Positions 9,223-19,065 of a DNA stretch of 37,591 nt are shown here, in pieces; the first letter of the stretch is position 1; each line of letters opens with the position of its first letter. This stretch comes from Candidatus Nealsonbacteria bacterium (GTDB taxonomy: Bacteria > Patescibacteriota > Minisyncoccia > Minisyncoccales > JAGMDC01). The translations under genes and the position numbers were made by a program. The notes under the pieces were generated by a model that saw only the letters and a list, made by a program, of their open reading frames with translations, did not search any database and was not told the DNA's origin. The DNA lies in contig DAOWLG010000001.1 of assembly GCA_030643485.1 (NCBI GenBank), positions 1-37,591 on the forward strand, in the 5' to 3' direction.

Positions 9223-10616
9223 TAATCTAAAATAATCTCGATAGATTCAATTATTGGCGCGGTGTTTGCTGTGGCAGTTGTTTCTATTTTAAATTGCAAA
9301 GTATTCACTTCCTCTAAAAATATTGTTCCTTCCTTAATTTTTCTCAAAGTATCTGTTTGAGAAGATAAAAGGGTAAAAGTCCCTGCATGATTAATTTTGT
9401 GTTTTATTATTATATCAGTTCCTGCTGGGAGGGTTTGATACCCAATTTTTATTTTTGCCTTTTTTTGCTCCATTCTATTAAGCGCAATTATTCTGGTTTC
9501 GATATAAGCCCCATTATATTTATTTGTGTGATCTAATTTATCAATACCGTAAACCGCGCCGTCTTTCCATGAAACCAATACATCATCACCAACAATAGCG
9601 ATAGCCCCTATTTGAATATCAGCAGTTTTATTTTGAGAAATGATATGAGAAAGAGTCAAAATTTTTGGGTAATTACTTGAATATGCGCCAAGCGTATATA
9701 TTCCTTGTTTTGCTGGGTTGCCCGCCGAATTTGATAACCCAAATAATACCAATCCGTCATAGTTAGCGCTGGCCGTTGAATGAACAACAGCCTTGTTAGT
9801 TCCTTCCCAATCTCCGGGTATTCGCTTGAATAAATTTAAAGTTTGTCCTGTAAAAACATAAATTCTACCTTTAGTTCCACATTGAACAATAACCTGATTA
9901 TCAACAGGGATAAAGGAATTTATACCCAATTCAGGTACAGAATCTTCACTTGTCCAACTTTCGCTCCAGGTGTTCCATCTATAGATTTTAGTTAAATTTA
10001 TGTTGTCATTAACGAAAGTCCCGATAAGTAATTCATCATAAAAATCCGATAAGCTTTTAATTCTATATTTATCTTCTAAATCAAGGGCATTCGCTGTATA
10101 TACCGCGGCGCTATCAACTAAAGCTACCAAAGAACCATCGCCAATATACAAACCTAAAGATTTGGTCAACATGGGATGATAATCAGTATCTCCATTCGTA
10201 AAGATATTCCAGTCGTCATCTGCTGTATTCCAATTAGTACCAATTTGCCACCTGCCTAATTCATCATCTGCCCCATAATAAACATATCCATTAAATTCTG
10301 CCGAACCTGTTATTCCTTTTCCGTCTTCATGTGTTCTGACCAAAGAGTAAACTCCTGCTGATGTTCTTTTCCAAATTTTTCCTGTTGTCGCGCCAAATAG
10401 GTACGTATTACCGTCTGAACATGGGATTATCGTTTTCACAAAATCGTCAATAGTTGCTCCGCTTTCTTTTGTTAGCTTTTGAGAAACTTTGAGTACCCCA
10501 GGTTCAGCAAAAAGATTAAAACCTACAATTGAAAAAAGAGAGTTAGAAACTCCTTGATATATACTATCCGACAAACCGCCTAAGTTAAAATCTTGTAAGA
10601 ATATCCTGGTTGGCAT
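9222..10616 (-). CDS. Tail structural protein (function unknown)
   Basis: 464-aa ORF in the tail block, aromatic/Gly-rich beta-type composition. Confidence 0.45.
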   Translation of the reverse strand: MPTRIFLQDFNLGGLSDSIYQGVSNSLFSIVGFNLFAEPGVLKVSQKLTKESGATIDDFVKTIIPCSDGNTYLFGATTGKIWKRTSAGVYSLVRTHEDGKGITGSAEFNGYVYYGADDELGRWQIGTNWNTADDDWNIFTNGDTDYHPMLTKSLGLYIGDGSLVALVDSAAVYTANALDLEDKYRIKSLSDFYDELLIGTFVNDNINLTKIYRWNTWSESWTSEDSVPELGINSFIPVDNQVIVQCGTKGRIYVFTGQTLNLFKRIPGDWEGTNKAVVHSTASANYDGLVLFGLSNSAGNPAKQGIYTLGAYSSNYPKILTLSHIISQNKTADIQIGAIAIVGDDVLVSWKDGAVYGIDKLDHTNKYNGAYIETRIIALNRMEQKKAKIKIGYQTLPAGTDIIIKHKINHAGTFTLLSSQTDTLRKIKEGTIFLEEVNTLQFKIETTATANTAPIIESIEIILD

Positions 10617-10631
10617 GACTTATTTTTTAAA

Positions 10632-10979
10632 TTAAGTAATTTCAAAAACAGTTAATAATTCTTTATAGATATGCGTTTCGGTCTCGGCATTCCACTTTAA
10701 CTCAGGATTGATGAATTTGTTTTTAGCTATATTATATTCGTTGATGGTCAACTCTCCACGAAAAGCGGCAAAATTAGTATAGTCAAGCACATCAACTAAT
10801 TTTCCCAGTTGGTCAGGAATTTTTACATTTTTAGTCGTTGCCCCTTCTTTTAGTTTGTTTAAAAGAGTAGTTGCGTCAAAAAGCAGTTCTCCAGGATACA
10901 TTCCTCGGCAAAGCCCAAAAAGCGTCTCTCTTGCTTTTTGTGATAGGGTCATTTTTACAGTTTTTTTTTCTGGAAGCAT
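10632..10979 (-). CDS. Hypothetical structural-module protein
   Basis: 115-aa ORF, tightly packed and co-directional. Confidence 0.5.
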   Translation of the reverse strand: MLPEKKTVKMTLSQKARETLFGLCRGMYPGELLFDATTLLNKLKEGATTKNVKIPDQLGKLVDVLDYTNFAAFRGELTINEYNIAKNKFINPELKWNAETETHIYKELLTVFEIT

Positions 10980-10998
10980 AGAAATAAATTAAGATTAA

Positions 10999-11235
10999 TT
11001 AGTTTTTAGTCCATGAAGTAACAATTTTAACGGCTTTCCTCCACCCGTTTAAAAGTATTCCGTTCAAATGAATAAAAAGTTGCCGGACCAATGTTATTTT
11101 TGTGATGAATACTTTTATTGGAGTTTTTGTAAAAGTGGGAGCAATAGTAATAATTTCAGCAAACGGGGTTTTTTCTGTTGATTTATTAACTTTAGACGCG
11201 ACAGTAATCGTATTATTAAGAGTTAGACTAGCCAT
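10999..11235 (-). CDS. Hypothetical small structural-module protein
   Basis: 78-aa ORF that exactly fills the gap between neighbouring genes. Confidence 0.4.
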   Translation of the reverse strand: MASLTLNNTITVASKVNKSTEKTPFAEIITIAPTFTKTPIKVFITKITLVRQLFIHLNGILLNGWRKAVKIVTSWTKN

Positions 11236-11237
11236 AA

Positions 11238-11780
11238 TTAATCAATATCAAATTTATGAGTAAGGGTGAGAGAATCACCATTGACAACATTAATAGCAGA
11301 AAAGACATTTCGATTGAGAAGTACCCCCGCGGCGGCAGCATTCAGCACACCGCTTTCAGTAACAGCAAAAGTGGCAGTTATACTGAAAGTTTTAGACATT
11401 TGAGCCGTATCATTAGCGACATCAGTGGTAACTCTGGTACAAGTAGCGGTTGTTCTTGCGCCGCCTCCTGTAGTTATTTCGGATTCAAGCGTAGTGTCAA
11501 CAACGTTAGCGGCGGTTGTACCAATACCTATAGCAACATAATTAAAGACAGCCTCGGCCCCGTTTCCATTTATTCGCGAAGCAACGCCAGCCATTCCAGT
11601 ATTAGTAATCAGATTATGGGTTTTCATAGAATTTGCCCAAAAACCAAACGGCCATATTTGAGGGGTTTTAATTCCCCAATTAAGCAAAAAATTCCCAAGT
11701 TTATTTAAGTTAAACAACAGCTTTAACTCACCATTTTTATCTTTTAAAACGTACTCAATATTAAATTTTATTTTTTTCAT
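11238..11780 (-). CDS. Virion structural protein (unknown role)
   Basis: 180 aa, Thr/Ala/Gly/Val-rich beta-type sequence, in the head-tail block. Confidence 0.5.
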   Translation of the reverse strand: MKKIKFNIEYVLKDKNGELKLLFNLNKLGNFLLNWGIKTPQIWPFGFWANSMKTHNLITNTGMAGVASRINGNGAEAVFNYVAIGIGTTAANVVDTTLESEITTGGGARTTATCTRVTTDVANDTAQMSKTFSITATFAVTESGVLNAAAAGVLLNRNVFSAINVVNGDSLTLTHKFDID

Positions 11781-11792
11781 TTTTTAAGAAAG

Positions 11793-12497
11793 TTAGTAGT
11801 TAGACCCGTCATTATAAGGGAGCATATATTCAGCGTCTCTATCCAGATTAATATTACGAATATCATTTATAGCCCTTTTTAAATCAAATTCAAAAGATCT
11901 TTCGTCTTCTGATAAAGGAATTGGTTTATCTTTACTTTCTTTGTACGCAATAATAACTTTACGCGCCAATAATTCATGTAGCTGTTTAGGCATTCCCCTA
12001 CTTATAGTGGAAGGATCTTCGCTCATATCGGTCGTGAAAGATAAATCTGTTATTGGGGCGGGGTACATGAGCCCCCACATTTTTAATCCGTTAGCTACAT
12101 CAATGATTGTGCTCCCGCTATATATATACAAAGAATTTTGAAAAATTCTATATTTTGGGTCAGTATCCTCAAAATTAGTGGTAATTGAACTTTCATCGCT
12201 AGTAACATCCATAAAAGCAATATCGATTTCATCAGCTATTACCCAATCAGTTCCGTCAAGGTTAATTTCAACTCTTTTAAGTTTAATTAGGTCATTTGGG
12301 AGAGAATACTGTCTTTGTCCTGCAACCAAATTAGCTTCAAATTTTGTACCCAAAATATCCTCATCAGCCTCCACGATTCTTTGAGCAAATTTCTCAATAT
12401 AAATGTTAGCCAGACGCATTATTTCAATATCGGTAAACAGCGTTGAATTAGTTTTTGTTTTATACCGAATATGTGCAGCAAAATCTGTAAAAATCAT
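11793..12497 (-). CDS. Virion structural protein (possible head-tail adaptor)
   Basis: 234 aa; the call rests on position downstream of the capsid genes only. Confidence 0.4.
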   Translation of the reverse strand: MIFTDFAAHIRYKTKTNSTLFTDIEIMRLANIYIEKFAQRIVEADEDILGTKFEANLVAGQRQYSLPNDLIKLKRVEINLDGTDWVIADEIDIAFMDVTSDESSITTNFEDTDPKYRIFQNSLYIYSGSTIIDVANGLKMWGLMYPAPITDLSFTTDMSEDPSTISRGMPKQLHELLARKVIIAYKESKDKPIPLSEDERSFEFDLKRAINDIRNINLDRDAEYMLPYNDGSNY

Positions 12498-12536
12498 TAC
12501 ATTAAAATAAAAAAATCCGGCAATTTTCTTAAAAGC

Positions 12537-13028
12537 TTAAAGTCCTTCAGCGTTAGGATTAAATGGGAACGGGGTATCTCGATAGACCGCGTTAGGAACA
12601 ACTGTTGCATCATCCAGGTCTGTCGTACCTCCCACAAAATTACCTGTACCTGTAGGATTAACAATCACAAACCCTATAACACCCTCATTTTCTGGGACAG
12701 TGGGAAACACAATTGTACCAAGAGTTGCGCCTTCTGTTCCCATAGTAGCCGTTACAGTTCCTGACGAATTAATTGTCAGAACATACACATTAAATTTTGC
12801 GTTAGTAACTGTTCCTGCAAGAACAATTTCAGCAGTTGTTTTTAAAACTAACGTGCCATTTATTTTAGCGTAAATACTGTTTGCAATTTTAGCTTTGGGT
12901 TTTGATGTTCCAATAACAAGGCCAGCGGCGTTAAGAACAAGATCGCAAGCATTATCTTGAAGTTTTTCTAAGGAATTACGTAAATTTCGGACTAATAATC
13001 CTTGTTGAGTAGTTAAAGTTTTAGCCAT
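12537..13028 (-). CDS. Virion structural protein (possible capsid decoration or tail tube-like protein)
   Basis: 163 aa, Thr/Gly/Val/Asn-rich. Flanked on both sides by small CCGG-centred AT hairpins followed by T-runs. Confidence 0.4.
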   Translation of the reverse strand: MAKTLTTQQGLLVRNLRNSLEKLQDNACDLVLNAAGLVIGTSKPKAKIANSIYAKINGTLVLKTTAEIVLAGTVTNAKFNVYVLTINSSGTVTATMGTEGATLGTIVFPTVPENEGVIGFVIVNPTGTGNFVGGTTDLDDATVVPNAVYRDTPFPFNPNAEGL

Positions 13029-13071
13029 AATTATAAAAACTTAAAAAATAAAAAATACCGGATTTTTCTTT

Positions 13072-13656
13072 TTAACTTAAAGCTTTTTGAGTTTCTGCGT
13101 TTCGATTTATGTTAAATGATTTATTTAATTCATTTTGTTCTGGATTCAATTGGATTTTCATATTTTCGGCCAACAGTTGCGCTACAGGTAAAGGCAATTC
13201 AACAAAAACACCTTTTTTAATGATTAATCTATAACCATTGATAGTAACTGTCTGAAACGCCCCCTCTTTTTCTCCTTCTTCCAAAGGAATGTGCATAGAC
13301 AATTTTTGTTGTCTAGCTAGATACGCCTTAGTTTTTTCAATATCCGTTTTACCTGCGAGTTCAATATCTTCGGGCGGTTTGGGATCAGGTATGGAATCAT
13401 GTACGGGATCAGGTAAATTGGGAACAAATGGAGAATTAGAAAATGATTCTAGTCTTTCATTCTTTTCTTTAATTTTTCGAATATATTCAGTTCGCTGAAA
13501 AATATAATTAACAAGGATTTCTTTTGTTGCTGTTTCATCAAAAGAAAGCGGTTTTCCTTCTTCCTTCAATTCTTGCACCATGAGCAGTAAATCGGGTTTT
13601 GAATTTTTAATCAATGCTCTTAAAGCATTATTTTTTTCAATTTCTTTTTCAATCAT
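13072..13656 (-). CDS. Capsid-module protein of unknown function
   Basis: 194-aa ORF directly downstream of the major capsid gene. Confidence 0.45.
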   Translation of the reverse strand: MIEKEIEKNNALRALIKNSKPDLLLMVQELKEEGKPLSFDETATKEILVNYIFQRTEYIRKIKEKNERLESFSNSPFVPNLPDPVHDSIPDPKPPEDIELAGKTDIEKTKAYLARQQKLSMHIPLEEGEKEGAFQTVTINGYRLIIKKGVFVELPLPVAQLLAENMKIQLNPEQNELNKSFNINRNAETQKALS

Positions 13657-13688
13657 CTTTTTAAAAAAACTTAAGAAGTAAAGAATAA

Positions 13689-14651
13689 TTAAGCGCTTAC
13701 AGCAGTCTCAACTCTGACCAAAAAATCATCATTCAAAATTTTAGCTACGAAAGTTGCCTTCCAGCCGGAAGTTGCCCTTTGATCTAATGGATCACTTGAA
13801 CCGCCGGACCCAAGAGGTTTAATAATATTTTTTAAAGCTTCTCCTGAAATTCGACTCATTCCATACGCGTCCGTACCAAAAATTAAAGTGCCATAAACAT
13901 CAACTCCACCTGCGCCCAACCCCGTAAAAACTTTGGCATTGGTTGTTTCAATAAATCTTACTTCGTCAACTTTGCCAATTTCTCCATCTAGTATAGCCAT
14001 GTGATTAGCATATTTTTCAACAGGAGTAAATCCTGATAAAGCTTTTAAATCATAAGTTACATTGGGATGAACAATACCGAGATAACAAGAATTTACTGCT
14101 GAAGTATCGTACCCGTTGCCTGGTTTAATCATTCTTGTGATTTTTCTTGTTTTGTTGGTTTTTAACAGTCTTACAATTTTCTTGATTAGAGAGCCTGTCA
14201 TTAAATCCACACTAGTTACGGTTATTCTTGACGTTCGTCCTCCACCGTAATAAACGTTGGTCCCAGCAACGACAACATTTCGAGTAAGCTGATCCAGCGT
14301 ATCTCCTGCCTGATCGCCCAGAATTGCAGAAGTTTCGACTAGCACGGGGTCTTGAGATGAATAATCCACTACATCCGTGGTAGTAACAAAATCTCCGTAT
14401 GGTTGTACTGTAGCGTAAACGAGAGTAGAAACCAAACTACTTCCAACTGGGGTAATGCCTTCACTCAAGGGAGTTAAGGCTGCGGCAAGACAAGAATACC
14501 GTCTAAAAGCTATTCTTTGAGAACCTGCTTTTCTTGGAATATCTTTTATTTGGGCAAAAGGATAATAAGCCAAAAAAGGCGTAGCTCTAAAAAGCAAATT
14601 CCTATCATAAAAATTATTAACTTCGGGTGGTATATTTGTTGTTGTATTCAT
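13689..14651 (-). CDS. Major capsid protein (HK97 fold type)
   Basis: 320 aa, directly after the scaffold gene. The N-terminal pattern FYDRNLL ... AFRRYSCL ... LSEGITPVG ... YGDFVTTTDV matches my memory of HK97-type capsid families annotated as N4-gp56-like. Confidence 0.75.
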   Translation of the reverse strand: MNTTTNIPPEVNNFYDRNLLFRATPFLAYYPFAQIKDIPRKAGSQRIAFRRYSCLAAALTPLSEGITPVGSSLVSTLVYATVQPYGDFVTTTDVVDYSSQDPVLVETSAILGDQAGDTLDQLTRNVVVAGTNVYYGGGRTSRITVTSVDLMTGSLIKKIVRLLKTNKTRKITRMIKPGNGYDTSAVNSCYLGIVHPNVTYDLKALSGFTPVEKYANHMAILDGEIGKVDEVRFIETTNAKVFTGLGAGGVDVYGTLIFGTDAYGMSRISGEALKNIIKPLGSGGSSDPLDQRATSGWKATFVAKILNDDFLVRVETAVSA

Positions 14652-14669
14652 TTTAGTTGAAGTAAAATA

Positions 14670-15443
14670 TTAAGATCCCCGACGATTTACTTGATTTAGT
14701 TCTTTTGCGAACTCTTGATCAGACATTTTAGAAAAATCTTTTTTTATTGAGCCGTCAGAACGAGCTGATGTGCCGCCTGATTGTGATTCTTTAGCTTGTT
14801 TATCAGCATTTCTTGCTAGATGTGCGCCAATTTGTAATAAATCTTTGCCTGCGGCTGAATATGCAAGCTGCTCAATGGGAAGATTTTTATAAACGGGGTG
14901 TTTCCCCCATTTAATTATTTTTTTGTAGAAGGGTTTAAAAATAGGATTTTCTCCGACAAAATCTTTTGTGTCTTTTTCAAGTTGATTTATTTCTGAATTT
15001 TCTTGAGTTTGGCGTATCAGATCAAACTGGTCGCCATATTTATTTAATATATATTCATCAATCCGCTCTTTTTCTTTCTCTTCCAAACTTAAATTTGGGT
15101 TTTCTTCTCCCCGTCCTTCCAATTTAGCAATTTCTGCGTCCAATTCGGCTAGTTTTTTTGTTCCTGTTTTATTCTTCAATTTCTCTATTTTAGCTTGTTT
15201 TCGCTCAATTATATAAGCTAAATTATTTTTTCTTGTTGGAGGTTCTTCTCCTTCAGGGGGTGTTTGTTCTCCTTCAGGGGGTGTTTGTTCTCCTTCAGGG
15301 GGTGTTTGTTCTTCTCCTTCGGGGGGTGTTTGTTTTTCTCCTTCGGGGGGTGTTTGTTCTTCTCCTTCGGGGGGTGTTTGTTCTTCTCCTTCGGGGGGTG
15401 TTTGTTCTTCTCCTTCGGGGGGTGTTTGTCCTGGTTCTAACAT
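14670..15443 (-). CDS. Scaffolding protein with N-terminal QTPPEGE(E) tandem repeats
   Basis: 257 aa, charged and helical, located between portal and capsid genes. Eight or nine Pro/Glu-rich repeats at the N-terminus. Confidence 0.6.
   Translation of the reverse strand: MLEPGQTPPEGEEQTPPEGEEQTPPEGEEQTPPEGEKQTPPEGEEQTPPEGEQTPPEGEQTPPEGEEPPTRKNNLAYIIERKQAKIEKLKNKTGTKKLAELDAEIAKLEGRGEENPNLSLEEKEKERIDEYILNKYGDQFDLIRQTQENSEINQLEKDTKDFVGENPIFKPFYKKIIKWGKHPVYKNLPIEQLAYSAAGKDLLQIGAHLARNADKQAKESQSGGTSARSDGSIKKDFSKMSDQEFAKELNQVNRRGS
15241..15433. repeat. 21/24-bp coding tandem repeat (ggggg(g)tgtttgttct(tct)ccttc)
   Basis: About nine near-identical units visible in the sequence; they encode the QTPPEGE(E) repeats. 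Confidence 0.9.
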
Positions 15444-15457
15444 TTTTAAATTAAACT

Positions 15458-15474
15458 TAAGATTTAAAATCTTA
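15458..15474. promoter_or_regulatory. 17-bp perfect palindrome 15-30 nt upstream of the scaffold start codon
   Basis: taagattt-a-aaatctta. Confidence 0.4.
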
Positions 15475-15492
15475 TTAAATTTTTAAGGTTGT

Positions 15493-15555
15493 GAGAAAGC
15501 AATCAATTAAGTGTAGAAAACCACCGGGAAAAATCTCACCTAATTGATTGTTCTC
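15493..15555 (-). other. Long imperfect stem-loop in the 328-bp gap upstream of the scaffold gene
   Basis: caatcaatta (15500-15509) pairs perfectly with taattgattg (15541-15550). The stem extends by gagaa/ttctc after a 2-nt bulge. Loop is 31 nt. An alternative pairing gtgag (15491-15495) with ctcac (15535-15539) is also possible. Confidence 0.5.
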
Positions 15556-15771
15556 CCAGAATCTTTATGATTTTTTTTATTTAAAAGATCATCTCTTTTA
15601 AAGTTAAGAATTAATTAAGGATTAATTTAAACCCTTTTTTCAATAAAATATCTGAATTAAAAACTATTCCTGTACCCTGATTTTTTTGTTTGACACCGTT
15701 CAAAAAAACACCTAAACAGATATTAACAGAATTAAGCCTATATTCCAAATTATTCCGCCTAAAAATTTTTA

Positions 15772-16092
15772 TCATTGTTTATTTTTTGATTTTTTAATTT
15801 CATCTACTTTATCAAAATAGGGGTCAGGATTTTTTATTTCTGTTTCTTCTTGTTGTAAAATTTTGAGATAATAATCAGGAAGATTAATTAAGCTTTGGTA
15901 TATTTTTAATCGATCTTTATCTCTATTTCTGTCTTCAAGAGTTTGATACTCTTTCGTCAATAAAAGTGATTTTAGATATTCTATATCATTTTTTTCTAAT
16001 AGTTCACAAACTAATTTCCAATTATCACTATTGTTAAGGATAGTTAATTTTTCTCTCAATTCTACTGCGTTTTTTAAATTTTGTAAAATCAT
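15772..16092 (-). CDS. Hypothetical protein downstream of portal
   Basis: 106 aa; its start overlaps the portal stop (ATGA). Confidence 0.5.
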   Translation of the reverse strand: MILQNLKNAVELREKLTILNNSDNWKLVCELLEKNDIEYLKSLLLTKEYQTLEDRNRDKDRLKIYQSLINLPDYYLKILQQEETEIKNPDPYFDKVDEIKKSKNKQ

Positions 16093-18032
16093 CGGACTGA
16101 TTGTAAAGTTCTAGGAGTATTAAAATCAGGTTTAGGTTGAGATTGTCCAGTCAACATTTTTTGTTGTAAAGACTGTTGTTCTTGCGCGGAGGCAAGTTTT
16201 TGTTCGGGCAAAATTTCTGGTTGTTCTCTTCCTATTAGCAAAGCTATTTTATGTGCTAATATATGGGCTTCCGTTGAGGCTGTAGGATTGGCCGCCTCAT
16301 GTATTTCCAAATGTAAATCGTGATTTTGCGACATTCTAATTTCAGCAGGTTTATTTTTATTCAAATTTTCATTCTCTTTTTCAGCTTCCCATTCATCAAT
16401 AGATTTGGGGAAAATTTTATTGATTTCATCTTGTCTTAATCCGCTTAGTTTGGCGTATTTTTTAAGAGCATATTTTCGATTAGCATTTGGGTCTTGAAGA
16501 ATATGAGCCAATAAATTAGAGAATTTTTGGAGATTTGCTAAATCTTTAGCTTCTGAAATAACTGTACTTTCAATTTTAATATCGGGATCAACTCTGGAAA
16601 TAATATTGTCTCTTAAAAGCGGTCGAAAGACAGTGTTGATTCCCTTGATTCTAATAATCTTTTTATCAATTTTTTCATTAAAATGTTTCTTGTATAAATT
16701 GTACCACTGACGCCAAAACCTTTTTTCTGACCACCCAAAAATTTTGGCTGATAAAGAGTAGCGGGTATCAACACCTTTAGCCGCTAAACTTAATTCTGTG
16801 GCGGTTCTTTGTACTTTTGTTATATTACCTTGTTGAATATCGGGAGTGGCGGTAGCGCCTTGGGCCGCAGCATCAAGCTCATTCAAAATCCATGTTGTGT
16901 CATTTTTTACAGTTTGTCTTGGCACTTCTGCCACTGCGCCACCAATATCTCCGTCAACAGGAATAGTTTTATTGAATTGAAATTTTGTTAAATCTGATCT
17001 GTTTTTTATTCTAGTTCTATCATATAAATACATGGGGTAAAGTCCGCATTTGATACCCTGTAACGTGAGATTCTGAATAGCAGCTCTTGCTCGTTGTTTG
17101 TCTTCAACCATATCTGGAACCGATACCGAATCCCAATTAAAAGGGACAGGATAAATAACTCTATCTTCGATTGGTATATACCGTCTTGTTTGGTCTTTGT
17201 TTGTCCACAATATTTTATATCCAACTACCAATGACCGATTGTTGGCTAAAGTAACCAAAACAAGTTTTCCTTTTTTCATAGTAAACCATTCCAGAAGATT
17301 ATACCCCTGGTTTTCTCCTTCTAGTTGTTCTTTTTTTGTATCGTAATTTAACCCTGCTGCTTCGTTTCTTGCTCTTTTTGCTTCCTGCTGGGGGTCATTA
17401 ATTGACGTATCGGTTTTAAGTTTGTTCAAATTAAAATAATTCCCTGTTGTTTCCAATTCCCATTTAGTAGCTTGGAAATAATAACCTATGAATCGGCATG
17501 ATCCTCGCCCTTTTTTATCTCCGTTCACGCTTGAGGCACGTGGATCATGAAGTAAAGACATAGGATCAAGATTTTCTGGGATAGGTGTTTTTGTGATTGA
17601 GTCGTATTCAAGAAGTTTAACAAAACCTCTCCCAAAAAAAGTTGCGTCCCAATTCCAAAAATAATCAGTGATTTCTTTTTCCATTTCGTCATAATCGAAT
17701 ACAGCTAAAGCATTCAAATTTTCTGCTGTTTCCTGGTCTCCGTCTTCTCTAGCAAGAAAATCAACCGATAATTTATCATCGTATAAAGACGCTAAAACTG
17801 TTTGATGAATCTTGAAGAGTAAGGGATCACCAATAGCTTCCTTATCTTTTTTTTGGTTATTATAAATTTTTAATCTAATTGTCCATTTATCCCATTTAGG
17901 TTTTTGAGCGTCGTAAGATAATTGATATTCAGAATTTACTTGTTTTATTAAATCAGTAAAATCCTGATTTGAGTAATCAGTTTTTTCGTAGATTTCTATC
18001 TGTTTATTTTTTTCAACTTCTTTTTTAGCCAT
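16089..18032 (-). CDS. Portal protein
   Basis: 647 aa. Size and position immediately upstream of the scaffold and capsid genes. Confidence 0.7.
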   Translation of the reverse strand: MAKKEVEKNKQIEIYEKTDYSNQDFTDLIKQVNSEYQLSYDAQKPKWDKWTIRLKIYNNQKKDKEAIGDPLLFKIHQTVLASLYDDKLSVDFLAREDGDQETAENLNALAVFDYDEMEKEITDYFWNWDATFFGRGFVKLLEYDSITKTPIPENLDPMSLLHDPRASSVNGDKKGRGSCRFIGYYFQATKWELETTGNYFNLNKLKTDTSINDPQQEAKRARNEAAGLNYDTKKEQLEGENQGYNLLEWFTMKKGKLVLVTLANNRSLVVGYKILWTNKDQTRRYIPIEDRVIYPVPFNWDSVSVPDMVEDKQRARAAIQNLTLQGIKCGLYPMYLYDRTRIKNRSDLTKFQFNKTIPVDGDIGGAVAEVPRQTVKNDTTWILNELDAAAQGATATPDIQQGNITKVQRTATELSLAAKGVDTRYSLSAKIFGWSEKRFWRQWYNLYKKHFNEKIDKKIIRIKGINTVFRPLLRDNIISRVDPDIKIESTVISEAKDLANLQKFSNLLAHILQDPNANRKYALKKYAKLSGLRQDEINKIFPKSIDEWEAEKENENLNKNKPAEIRMSQNHDLHLEIHEAANPTASTEAHILAHKIALLIGREQPEILPEQKLASAQEQQSLQQKMLTGQSQPKPDFNTPRTLQSVR

Positions 18033-18232
18033 TATTGAATAGGGTTTTTAGTTTTGAATCTTAAAACAATATTTTTTAATCCTTCAACTATTAAAAACAA
18101 TCCTGAAATCAAAGCTTCTATACCAATTTCGCCGCCTAAAAAAGAACTAATAGTTAAAATAAAACCTCCTACCAACTCTAAGATTCCTGACCATACTGTC
18201 CTTGATTTATACCATTTTTTTAGTTCAGGCAT
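18032..18232 (-). CDS. Small two-helix membrane protein (holin-like topology)
   Basis: 66 aa with two hydrophobic helices, VWSGILELVGGFILTISSFLGG and ALISGLFLIVEGL. Its stop overlaps the portal start. Confidence 0.45.
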   Translation of the reverse strand: MPELKKWYKSRTVWSGILELVGGFILTISSFLGGEIGIEALISGLFLIVEGLKNIVLRFKTKNPIQ

Positions 18233-18361
18233 TTTTTAAAAAATAAAGATATACGCAAGTATATTCACGATTAGAAAAATCAAAATCCCGCCAAAATACA
18301 AATAAATCACAAATTTTGCATAGTTTTCAGTATCAATGGGCGGATGTAACATTTTTTCAAG

Positions 18362-19063
18362 TTATTTTTTAATGATTATTATATGCCCGTAGTCTCCCCA
18401 TTTGGGCCCACCCCAAATTTTTTTTGGGATTTTTTTAATTTCAACTTTAAAATTTTTTATAAGTTTAGCATAATCTCTCACGTAAAGCCCTTCGCTAATA
18501 TTTCCTTTGGCTGAAAAATCTGGCGAATGAAATTCTAATAACACAATTTTCTTTTTTGTGATTCTGTAAAACTGATTCATAACTTCCTGGATTTTATCCG
18601 GGCCGATGTAAAGCAGCGTCGCACAAGTAAAAGTTACATCATAGCTATCATCAGGGATAGCTTTTAAAGCTTCTATTCCACCTTCAAACAAATGAACGTT
18701 TGTAACATTATTTTCCCTTAACTTTATTTTTCCGTCTTTGATAGCCTCGCTGCAAATATCCACTCCGCTTATTACCAGATTCTTTTTCTTTGTCTTTTTT
18801 GCGATCAAATACAAATTTATTCCGCTATTACATCCAAACTCAAAAAAACTGTTATTTTTGTAAACTTTTAAATGGTCAATTAGAAATTTCTTGCTTGGAT
18901 GATTTTCATGATCAAAAAATGTTGAGTCTTTTCTATTTTTCCAGTATTTAACGAATCTCTTCGTTTTTCCTAATTCAATATATTTATCTTGAATTTTGTA
19001 ATAAAAAAGGTTTTTTAAAAAATCAAACAATTTTGGAAAATATTTTTTTAAAATTTTCTTCAT
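18362..19063 (-). CDS. Class I SAM-dependent methyltransferase (not an obvious DNA methyltransferase)
   Basis: 233 aa. Motif I FFEFGCNSGINL, acidic post-I ISGVDICSEAI, then FTCATLLYIGPDKI. No DPPY/NPPY or PCQ motif. Confidence 0.7.
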   Translation of the reverse strand: MKKILKKYFPKLFDFLKNLFYYKIQDKYIELGKTKRFVKYWKNRKDSTFFDHENHPSKKFLIDHLKVYKNNSFFEFGCNSGINLYLIAKKTKKKNLVISGVDICSEAIKDGKIKLRENNVTNVHLFEGGIEALKAIPDDSYDVTFTCATLLYIGPDKIQEVMNQFYRITKKKIVLLEFHSPDFSAKGNISEGLYVRDYAKLIKNFKVEIKKIPKKIWGGPKWGDYGHIIIIKK

Positions 19064-19065
19064 AT

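Noticed and set aside
12505-13068. CCGG-centred AT hairpins flanking gene 12537-13028, considered as terminators
   Set aside because: The stems are only about 5 A-U pairs, too weak to call. They are noted only in the evidence for that gene.
15233-15454. Plus-strand 73-aa ORF (LLQGVFVLL repeats)
   Set aside because: It is the antisense reading of the scaffold gene's tandem repeat.
18227-18353. 42-aa minus-strand ORF upstream of the 66-aa membrane protein
   Set aside because: My first reading suggested a transmembrane peptide, but that came from a one-base transcription slip. The correct frame gives MLHPPIDTENYAKFVIYFVFWRDFDFSNREYTCVYLYFLKNA, which has no supporting features.
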